Shown here piece by piece: positions 52,141 to 61,978 of a stretch of 64,000 nt of DNA. The stretch comes from Basidiobolus meristosporus CBS 931.73 (taxonomy: Eukaryota > Fungi > Basidiobolomycota). The translations under genes and the position numbers were made by a program. Where the stretch lies: contig MCFE01000213.1 of the NCBI GenBank assembly GCA_002104905.1, positions 1 to 64,000 on the forward strand, given 5' to 3'. The notes under the pieces are model-generated. The model made no database searches. It was not told where the DNA came from and saw only the letters and a list, made by a program, of their open reading frames with translations. Position 1 is the first letter of the stretch; every line of letters begins with the position of its first letter.

Positions 52141-53814
52141 ATGATTTTCTCATCTCGTTATCCTTCGTTGACAATTCCAGATGTGGACTTCTACACATTC
52201 GTTATGTCAGGAACTTACGATGAATCTAGACCTATCCTTCTAGATCATCTAACCAAAGACAGCAAATGCCTGCGTGAGGTGAAAGAGGAGTCCAAGCGCA
52301 TTGCCAGAGGCCTACGGGAGAAGCTGAATTTCGGTAAAGGCAAGGTGCTGGCTATAGCTGCTAATAATCGTGTGGACTATATATCTGTGCTTCTTGGCAC
52401 TGTTGCCTCTGGTAAGCATAGTTCGCGCTTCTCCGATTGAAAAATATTGACGTCTTATTCCATAGGTGGTGCTTGCATGACCGTTAATTCTCAATACAAC
52501 GCTGAGGAGATGGCTCATCAGCTTTCCAATTCAAGAGCAGAGGTGATGGTCACTACTGAGGATCTCGCCGAAACTGTGAAAGAAGCCGCAAAAATCGCCG
52601 GCTCCTCGATCGAGTATATCTATGTCTTGGATAACAAAGACTCGCCGAAGTACTTATGGACAGCTCTGGCTTCAGATAATGCAGAAATGGATTGGTCTTT
52701 GGATCCTGAAGAATTCATGGACAGCCCTGCCATCCTTATTTATTCCTCTGGAACTACGGGCAAGCCAAAGGGCGTGGAGCTCACCCACAGGAACTTGGTA
52801 TCCACCTTGGTCCAGCTCGGATCGGCCGTCAAAAGCCATATCGCTGCAGTCATTCAGGACACGACTTTGAATGTATCGCCTATGTGCTATATTTCCGGGG
52901 TCTTCATGAATCTCGTTTCAGTCATGTCTGGGAACATGTTGGTCGTATTGCCTGATAGATATACCTTTAGGTTCCTATTGGGAGTTGTTGAGCAGTACCG
53001 CATCAAAAACCTGCTAGTCCCTCCCAACATCATCAATCTTTTATCGAAAAGCCCTGAGGTGGATGAGTTCGACCTCTCGAATTTAAAGCAAGCAGTCTAT
53101 TTCGGCGGGCCTATGTCACGTCTTGTGTGTGATATCGCCGAAAAGAGGCTGGGGATCTCTGTCAGCTCTGGCTATGGAATGACTGAGTGTTGCGGTGGAT
53201 TTGCAATCAGAGATGGATCTGAAATGCCACCTGAATCCGTGGGCGTGATCATGCCGAACTGCAGACTTAAAATTGTTGATGAAGAAGGCAAGCAATTATC
53301 TTATGGAGAAAAAGGCGAAATTTGTGTCAGTGGCCCAGGCGTAATGAGGGGATACTTCAACAATCCTGATGCCACTAGACAAGCCTTTGATGAGGATGGG
53401 TTCTACCACACTGGAGATGTTGGCTATATCGATGAAAACAACAACATCTACGTGGTCGATCGCATCAAGGAAATCATCAAATATGATAATAACCAGGTTG
53501 CACCAGCCGAACTCGAGGAGCTTCTTCTCATCCATCCAGCTGTTTCGGAGGCAGCTGTGATTGGCTACCCTTCAGAAAAGCAGCAAACTGAGTTACCATG
53601 TGGGTGCGTGGTGTTGAAGCAAACATCCGACAACCACCAGGAGTTGGCCGATCAAATTACCAAGCACGTCAACTCGAGAGTTGCTGATTACAAGCAGCTT
53701 CGAGCGGGCGTGGTTTTTGTTAATGATATACCTAGAAATAGTCACGGCAAGATTCTTCGACGTATCCTGCGCACCGAAGTTCAGCGAACCCATCCCCAGG
53801 CTGCAGTATTATAG
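52141..53814 (+). CDS. 4-coumarate:CoA-ligase-like acyl-CoA synthetase (ANL superfamily), 2 exons
   Basis: Intron at 52412-52465. Motifs YSSGTTGKPKG, GYGMTE, HTGD, DRIKEIIK and GKILRR are present. Confidence 0.92.
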
Positions 53815-54634
53815 TCACATCCTCCATTACATATTAGTATCATCCAGAGCTCAGTTTGAATCACATCCCTCTTCACCGTTAATGTCACTCCGCTTGATTG
53901 GATTCTGAGGTCTCAAGTATTAGGCTGTATGACGAGCGAGATGCTCTGAGTTCTGGAATCAATAATAAAATACCGATTCAGCGTAGACACACGGCCATCT
54001 GGATTGTTCATTTGACATGACTGCATAAGCAACCTTCGTTGATGGTTCTAACCATCATCCATATTCATGGGTACTATCACACCTTACAAATGAATTTGTT
54101 TCTGACTCGGCGTTCTAGATACAGATCAACTTGATTGCTTGGATCTGTTTCGAATTGCAACTTCAGGTAAAGCAGCTGCTAAGGATCTAACGATGCCCAT
54201 GAGGTTTCCAAGTTTCATGTTATACAGTGGGATAGAGTATTAGTTTCAGTAAGCTTGTGACTAGGCAAATGTAGATTCAAAATCCCGATTTGGATCCCGA
54301 TTCACCATCATAACTGAACCGACCTCCTTTACCAAGCTGAGACGGATCCATCCTGCTGATACAGAACAGCAAATCAAAACTTGTTGAAACGATCCATATC
54401 ACGATTACCAGATGGGATCTGAGGTTTGTTATAGATGAACATCATCACAGTGAACTTATGCCCATCATTACGCTACTGCTAATACTCATTGGTTGCGTAG
54501 CATCCAGAGCAAGTACTTAAAGACTATGCCTCGTGTTTGCTCCAAAGATTTCATCCCAATTCAGAGTGTTTACCTATCCGAGATTTATTCGTTTCCTCTT
54601 CACAATACTCCAGAGGTAACTCTGTTCCAAGTAT

Positions 54635-55585
54635 ATGTCGAAATTCACATTTATATCGATCTCAAAATGCTCCAATACCGAAATGATCTACTTATCGCAA
54701 GGCTTTGAAGAGGTGTTGGGGTTTTCCGGGGCCAATTGGGTTGGCAAAGCTAAGATGGACTTATTTCACCCAGAGGATCGCGGAAGAATTTCAATTATTA
54801 TTGAGGCCTGCATCAAACTTCAGAAATTAGCGACTTTGCTCTATACTCGGATATTATCGGTTAGTGGGTATCAGATATTCGAAGTTTGCATCAATCATTG
54901 CTACGATATCCTTGTTTGCTCAAATAGATTGTTGCGCGAGGAAGATCTGCCAGGGATATTTGGTACGTGTAGCAAGTGCTCTATTACTATTTCTCTTTGA
55001 GTAATAGTATGAATTGTATGGAACGAAGAGCGGACATCGTTAACTGACAACATCATTACCATTACGGATGACCACAATATCAACGTGTTGGTAATTATGT
55101 CTTAACTTGTAGCTTTTGAGAAAGTGTTATAATTGTTGTTTAAAAAGGGTAGCACCGGAGTATTTGATACTGCTCTTAAATTAGAAAAGGCTTTATCCAG
55201 AAATGACATAAACCCGATAAGCTTAGAACCTGAGGAGCGGATATGCATGATATTGGATCATCTAGAAGCCTTTCGTATCAAGTATTGTTCAAGTGTTACA
55301 ACTACAGTTTTTGGACTCTATACCAAGGAATTAGTGGGCACCTCTGTACTAGACTTCATCGACACTGAGGATATATATGATGTTCAGGAAGAACTACGAG
55401 AGATTGTCAGAGACGAAGCAGTCAGCAATCGTATAAATTTCGCCTTCGTCTCACACTCTGGTCTGAAAACGGAGTTCCAAGCAAGTGTTAGCTACACCGA
55501 TGATGGAATTATATTAATTGCGCAAGTTAATCCGGAAGAAATGCTACAATCGATAGGTGAAATTGATTTAACCTGGCCCAAATGA
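54635..55585 (+). CDS. Stand-alone tandem PAS-domain protein, 3 exons
   Basis: PAS-A reads IYLSQGFEEVLGF...DLFHPED and PAS-B reads ELVGTSVLDFIDTED...SYTDDGIILI. No LOV NCRFLQ motif, kinase or DNA-binding output. The middle-exon boundaries are uncertain. Confidence 0.8.
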
Positions 55586-56413
55586 TCCCATAGTCAAACT
55601 CGACAGTCCCTCATAGAAGATAGTAAACCAATACGCTGATCCCACAAAGCTAGGCAAATCTGATGCAGGCAATATCATACAATAAAGCAACCTATCCTTT
55701 CTCTCAGGAGACCAGGCCATAGGCCTGGTACATACTCAAATTACCTGAACCTGTTTAATCATGCGGTGCCCACCATGCTCATTTTTATTACGGTTATAAT
55801 TCCAAAGGCTAGACTTCATTAAGAAAGGCTATCCGATGCACATGTGTAGTAAATCTATTGATGTTTGTTATCATTTAGGTTTGTCATATTATGGGCATTA
55901 TCGTAGCTAATCAAGAGCTCTCATGGAAAAATTCTAGCATGCACCAGTGTGTTACACGGGCTTACTGGGCTCACCATTCTGTCCGTCAGAAGTAATGGAG
56001 CTGGAATAACTTGAAATCAATCAAATTCAGACTAACAGGCCGCCTTGCAATATTCCCTCGACCTGAGACCTTCCTTCATACTGATTGTGACCTGTATTAA
56101 GAACTTTTTGGCAAATGAATCCGAGACAGGGCACTCTACAATTCAGACCTTTAGCTTAATCCGGAAATCATCTGACCGGGTTTATTCCCAAATAATGTTC
56201 GGAATTTCCAAAGTCGACACCTAATAGTCCTGACAGGATCGAAACTAGTCAGTAGGCTAGTATTGCATATTGCGCTCCACCCATTGTTAATGCTAATAAC
56301 CGTAGCACTTTTTAGGACTAGATCTACAATTCTATGCGCGGAAAAGGATATAAAAGGCTCACTGTGCGGGAAAGGCTCAGCAACAACGTTTGATACGTTC
56401 TCCCTCATCAGTA

Positions 56414-56727
56414 ATGAAATTCGCGCCAGTCGTGTTCATCTTATTTGTCATGTTGCTTAACTTAACTGTGACCGAGGCAGTCGCAAGACGTAGACCCAGA
56501 CGTGGAATTAAGGATATTCACGGAAACACTTTAAGCTATGTCATCGTCACTCTCGCACCAAGTAAGGCCCACCTTTTACGCAAAACAATCCAGCAAAACA
56601 AAGCAGTACTAACAGCGTATTTTTAGCTCCAACTCCAAAAAAGACCAAAAAAAGACATAGCGCTACCCAGACCACCTACACTGCTACCCCAGTTTTGCCT
56701 ACTCCCACCGTTACTTCAACCTATTGA
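56414..56727 (+). CDS. Small secreted cationic, Thr/Pro-rich protein (82 aa), 2 exons
   Basis: Intron at 56562-56626 (GTAAGG, CTAAC branch, TTTTAG). The spliced product is MKFAPVVFILFVMLLNLTVTEAVARRRPRRGIKDIHGNTLSYVIVTLAPTPTPKKTKKRHSATQTTYTATPVLPTPTVTSTY. Confidence 0.65.
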
Positions 56728-57370
56728 TCCGTGAAAACCCCAGCCCGGTTCTCGCCAAGATCATCCACCAACATCAGCAATACATTGCATGACTAAATTT
56801 TGCTACCCGCGAAGAGAAGTGCTTCATGTACTTGGCGATTCCTAACGTGAGTTAGACATGCCATTCTTTATTGTCGTGATATTCCCTAGAACCTAGCTCT
56901 TGTGGCTGCACTTTGTCAAAAATGATATTTCGTAGTTGAAGGCTGACATCAGCATATAAAGGATTGAGGTTCAGGAATATTTGATGTTAATCTTGAATGT
57001 TCAGTGTCCCACATCGAAGTAGCTATGTATATGCCACGATTACTAAATCATTTCCTGCTGAATTCTAATGAAACCGGTATGAGGCAATGTCTAAATATTA
57101 TTGGTGCAGGGTCAGTACCATAATAGCCTCTTACCCGGATCAATTTGAATTAAATCAAGAGTGCGTGTGCTATTACACAAGTGCAACAATCAATTGTGGG
57201 AGACGTCGAATTCGTGGATATGGATGGCAGCTTCAATTAATATGCAATTTTCAATCGATTCTCAAGTACCGTTAATAAGGTGGTTTGCAGGTCCGAACCT
57301 AGTCAAAAAACTCCTTTTATGGCAGGAAAATCGAGGAGCTTGGTATCCTGAAGTGAAGAGCAATAGTGCT

Positions 57371-57795
57371 TTATTCGTCATCTTTTTCGGTTTCCGATGT
57401 CATATTCTTCGAACCAGGGACAACAATATTGATACTAATTTGCACAGGCACAACCTCTTCACAATTACACTTGACTTTTGCCTTTCCAGTGGTTGACCAG
57501 CCGTAGCTTCCGGTGGACATTTTTGTTGGCTTTGCAGTCAAAGAGATGATTGCCTCGTCGTTCTCTTTGGTATCCTCATCATCGTGGGAGATTTGTACTT
57601 TGAGTGGTTTGGCCATTTTCAAGAATGCCTCCAGCTGTGGTAGAGTCTATGATAGAAAGGATAAGTCTTATACACATCTCAAGCGTCCATCAGGTAACAT
57701 ACTTCAGTTCTACTCTTCTTTGGTGAGTGTTCTGAATCTACTTCAGTAGGTTCACTGAGCTCCTTCCTCTTGGATGGGGATTTCTTATCAGGCAT
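57371..57795 (-). CDS. Small (122 aa) protein with an STGSxGW...VQIxxNxxVxGSK domain and bipartite-NLS-like N-terminus
   Basis: Exon 1 (57795-57703) encodes MPDKKSPSKRKELSEPTEVDSEHSPKKSRTE. Intron 57647-57702 (GTATGT...CATAG). Exon 2 encodes TLPQLEAFLKMAKPLKVQI...KMSTGSYGWSTTGK...VQISINIVVPGSK. Confidence 0.8.
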
Positions 57796-58899
57796 GATTG
57801 GTTATTATTACTTGTAAAGGTTTAAGTGTTAAATTAATTGGTCTTGGCCAAAGCTTGAATATGATGGCATCTTTTATATCCAAGGAACTACATATGTGAG
57901 GTACCCATCGATCATCGAACAAAGGGCTTGCATGCCTCTGGTCTTTAGAGGCCCAATATATGACTGCATGATAGTTTATATTAGCGTATGCTTAGGATCT
58001 GCTCACTGCCAGCCCCTACTGAACTACATACATCCCATATAGATTTGCGAACAATAAGGATCATGTTGTACGAATGTCAGATAGTACAAGACGGTTTAGA
58101 ATCGCATCGCCTCATACGTTTGAATAAATTTAATATTGGTGTACAGAGCCAAGGACTCCATAAGGAGAATTTTCCTTTGCGTATTGGTGATCGAGGTATT
58201 GCCTTTTGATAAATTCTTGAGCGTGGATTCTTGACAATTCGTACTATTGTGTAAAGTTTAGGCCACTTACCAGGCGTGTTACACTGGAATGTCAACCTCG
58301 CGGTGTTACAATTGGTATATGGATAATTTTCTCCATGTATGTGTATACAAAGCAGCATCAAATCATTTTTTGAAGCATGAATACAGAGCACTTGAGCGTC
58401 CCCTTGTGTATTTACATTTCTCTGATTAAAGGACTGGTATCTACCTTTATGCACCAAGATTTACATCGTTGAAACAGATAGGAGTACACAAATGATATGT
58501 CTGTGGGATATCTTCCCAAAGTATGCTGATTGAGATCAGTATTGTTAATCATGCTTACCCCGATATTTAACTTATTTTGCATAACATCGTTTACCATAGT
58601 ATCCTGGCAGAGGGGTAAAGAGCAATAGAATTGGTATTATACACCAAATGTGGGACAGCTTTCCCACATTCCTCTTAAGAATACTCGATGGTTTTGTTAT
58701 CCATAAACCTGTGATAGGTTCGTTACTTATAGTGGCGTAAACCTGCACAACCAGGGCCTCTTTTGGAGGAAACAACCATAAATGAAAGTACTACGTGTAC
58801 AACCGAGATTCTGCAAGCGATTCCGGATATATATATGAAACTCTCACTAGATATTTTATTCGATGTAGACGTATACAGTCCTTCAAACTTCCCTAAAGA

Positions 58900-59850
58900 C
58901 CAAGCCAATTACAAGTAGGGAACCGGCCCCATCGCTGATATCTCAAGTGGGGCTCATTGAGTAGCCAGATTGTAGAATCTAATTGATAAAGAATTGATCA
59001 TCTAACTCCAAACCTCCATTGGGTTAGCCAATCAGTGGCTCAGTCGTTTGGTAATGAAAAACTTGAACCAAGTCGCTGAAAACTATCCCTTAAACAAACT
59101 CGTATCTTTTGCTGATTTCATGTGAATAATAGCCTCTCAGATGCAAGTATATTGGTTCTTTGCAATGTAACACTAAATATATCCTCAGGTGGCTTTGACG
59201 GTTTATCATAACATCAATGAACGTTTGTCATCCACTCTACGTAGTTTCATGCTTATCATCCCGGGCTTATTCGGTAAAACTGCACTCCAATCACAGTCTT
59301 GAAGATACCGGATGAATACGATATTTGATCAAGATGTAGTGAGTCAAATGTAATATTGATGAATCTTAATATGTTAACAAACTGTAGTCAATTTGAGTCA
59401 TCTGCTTCAGAATCCATCAAATTCGGACAAAATGGATATCTATTATCGTACACGTGTGCACCTCTTCACTTCCAAATAAGGAGCCGTGGCATCGATTTGA
59501 AGCATCATGTGGGTTGCTCTTCTGAACTAGTCGATATATTTGGTGTTTCCAGGTTCCTTGACTGATACTACTTCAGAGTTAATTATCTTATTGATGGGAA
59601 AATCATACATCTGTCACGGCCAATCTTTGGTTATCGTGAGTTTGCCGCAAACTTTCCTGTGAAGTTGCCACTTGGGTTACAAATATATTTCCTTGCTATA
59701 CTGACTGAGGTTATATCATAGTACATGAAATCGATACGGATTGGAAACGACTGGTTTAGATACTTCGAATAGTATACAATCGATATAATAGGTGAATAAA
59801 TCCACAGATTACGGATGCCATATTCCTCATCCAACTTGGGGTGCACGCAT
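58900..59850 (-). mobile_element. Possible decayed L1-like retroelement relic upstream of CPA1
   Basis: Degenerate ordered motifs RIDFMY, TRVR..ISILS, EADDS, IRYL and NGGLEL; many stops and frameshifts. Confidence 0.3.
59340..59400. promoter_or_regulatory. Two Gcn4/CpcA (AP-1-type) consensus sites
   Basis: TGAGTCA at 59340-59346 and 59394-59400 (the second is TTGAGTCAT), ~630-690 bp upstream of the CPA1 uORF. Confidence 0.45.
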
Positions 59851-60024
59851 TTACTTCATAATTGGTCATAGTAACTCGGGAACATCTCCAGCACTGAATA
59901 AATAGCCTTGCTATCCGCCGTTGAGCTCAATTGCCTTTATTCAAAGCTTCTGACTTTCTCACTGAACTTCCTTAGTCGCAGTCCGCGACTTCTACCAACA
60001 AGCTACTAACCTTTCAGGTTTTAC

Positions 60025-60181
60025 ATGTACTTCCACACCCAAGAAAAGAACTCATCTGACTACATCTCTGACCAAAGTAACCCTCTTTCCTTTACTTCTA
60101 TGCATCCTGTGGGTCCGCTCGCAACCGATTCTAACTGTTTTCTCTATTCTAGTTTGGAAAGCTCTCAATCAAACCAACTAA
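60025..60181 (+). promoter_or_regulatory. Spliced upstream ORF encoding an arginine attenuator peptide (26 aa)
   Basis: Exon 60025-60076, intron 60077-60152 (GTAACC, CTAAC at 60131, TTCTAG), exon 60153-60181 give MYFHTQEKNSSDYISDQIWKALNQTN. D12, Y13, D16 and W19 are in register with the N. crassa AAP. Confidence 0.93.
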
Positions 60182-60289
60182 ATCTAACCAGTTATCTCAA
60201 GCTATTACTCCACAAGTTTATCTCTCCGTCCAGCAACTATTCAACGCTCAACACACAATTACTAGAATACTTTAAATTTCATCAAGAAA

Positions 60290-61612
60290 ATGTCTTTCCT
60301 TACTTTCTCCAAGACTACTCGCTCCCTCCTCAGCGGTCACAAGATCGCTCGTAACTTGTTAGCAGTTCGCAACCTTGCTACAGTCTCTGACTCTCCAGTC
60401 CATTCGTCTCCATTTGTCACTCCTGCTGGTGCCTCTACATCATCTCTTGCTGCTTTGAAACTCAAATCCGGCCAAGTTTTCAAGGGCACCTCGTTCGGTG
60501 GCTCCAAATCCGCCTCTGGTGAAGCAGTTTTCACCACCTCATTGGTTGGTTATCCAGAGTCAATGACCGATCCTTCGTACCGTGGTCAAATCCTTGTGTT
60601 CACCCAACCGCTTATCGGAAACTACGGCGTTCCAGGTATGGCCAAGGATGAACACGGCCTCCTCAAATACTTCGAGTCGGAGGCTATCCACTGCCGTGGT
60701 ATCGTGGTCAGCGACTACGCCACCAAGTATTCTCATTGGAATGCCGTCGAATCGCTTGGTGAATGGTGTGCTCGCTACAATATCCCCGCCATCAGTGGTG
60801 TTGATACTAGAGCGATTGTTCACATCCTTCGTGATCAAGGTTCCACTTTGGGTCAACTTGCTGTTGGTAAAGAGGATATCGAGTCCGACATCACTCAATT
60901 TGAGGATCCCAACCAGAAGAATCTTGTGGCCGAGGTCTCAACCAAAGTCCCTATTGAATTCAATCCCAAGGGTGACGTGAAGATTGCAGTTGTTGATTGT
61001 GGAATCAAGCAGAACATCATCCGTTGCTTGGTTTCCCGTGGTGCGCACGTCACTTTGCTACCATGGGACTACGATTACAACAAAGAAGCCAACAAATATG
61101 ATGGTTTGTTCATTTCCAACGGACCTGGTTCTCCCAAGGTACTTGGTCCCACCGTTCACAACCTTCAGAAGGCCATCTCCAACTTCAACAAACCGATCTT
61201 TGGTATTTGCATGGGAAATTTGGTGTTGGGACTTGCTGCTGGCTTGGACTCCTACAAACTACGTTTTGGCAATCGTGGCCATAACCAGCCGGCTGTGAAC
61301 GTAACCAACGGCCAATGCGTTATCACTTCACAGAACCACGGTTATGCCCTCAAGGATGATGAACTACCCTCTGGATGGGCAAAATACTTCATCAATGCTA
61401 ACGATGGTTCCAACGAAGGCATCCGCCACTTGACCAAGCCAATTCGCTCAGTCCAATTCCATCCCGAGGCTAAAGGTGGACCACAAGACACCGAGTATCT
61501 TTTCAATGAGTTCATTCAGGAAGTTCGCGCTGAGAAAGCCAAGAGATATCAAAGCAACGTTTTCGTCGAGGAGACCATCCCTGTTCAGAAAGAGACCTTG
61601 GCCGTTGCTTAA
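60290..61612 (+). CDS. CPA1: Carbamoyl-phosphate synthase small (glutaminase) subunit, arginine-specific
   Basis: Intronless 440 aa ORF with GEAVFTTSLVGYPESMTDPSYRGQILVFTQPLIGNYG, SNGPG, GICMG (catalytic Cys), SQNHGYA and VQFHPE. The N-terminus is Arg/Ser-rich and acid-free, like a mitochondrial presequence. Confidence 0.98.
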   Translation: MSFLTFSKTTRSLLSGHKIARNLLAVRNLATVSDSPVHSSPFVTPAGASTSSLAALKLKSGQVFKGTSFGGSKSASGEAVFTTSLVGYPESMTDPSYRGQILVFTQPLIGNYGVPGMAKDEHGLLKYFESEAIHCRGIVVSDYATKYSHWNAVESLGEWCARYNIPAISGVDTRAIVHILRDQGSTLGQLAVGKEDIESDITQFEDPNQKNLVAEVSTKVPIEFNPKGDVKIAVVDCGIKQNIIRCLVSRGAHVTLLPWDYDYNKEANKYDGLFISNGPGSPKVLGPTVHNLQKAISNFNKPIFGICMGNLVLGLAAGLDSYKLRFGNRGHNQPAVNVTNGQCVITSQNHGYALKDDELPSGWAKYFINANDGSNEGIRHLTKPIRSVQFHPEAKGGPQDTEYLFNEFIQEVRAEKAKRYQSNVFVEETIPVQKETLAVA

Positions 61613-61978
61613 CTGTTTGCGACAAGTCATTTGCGACTCTGTGAGTGTGTGAGTATGGAATTTCTCTAGTCCGTTTCATTCGAATTATCATTATTATTAT
61701 CCTTTGCGTATTCTTCTATCAATCTCTATTGTATATTCTGTGACGGAGGATGATATCGTTTAAAAACAAAAAAAAATCAATAAAAATGACGTTGAAAGTT
61801 GATTCTGATGTATTGAGTAAATTCAATACTACTTCATTGTCCGGGAAAATCTATAAACCACGATTTTGTTTCAAAACCATCCCGATTCTGTATAAACAAT
61901 GTTTAATCGTGGTACGTCAAGTTACATATATTGGAGATATAGACCGTTACTGTCAGATGATATCAGTCATTTAAAAAA

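Noticed and set aside
59974-59990. AGTCGC-loop-GCGACT hairpin upstream of the uORF
   Set aside because: A 6-bp stem is expected by chance in 64 kb, and it probably lies in an intron or upstream of the transcript.
60184-60191. CTAACCAG as an alternative acceptor that would skip the WKALN exon
   Set aside because: The branch-to-AG distance is shorter than in any intron modelled here; kept only as something to look for in RNA-seq.
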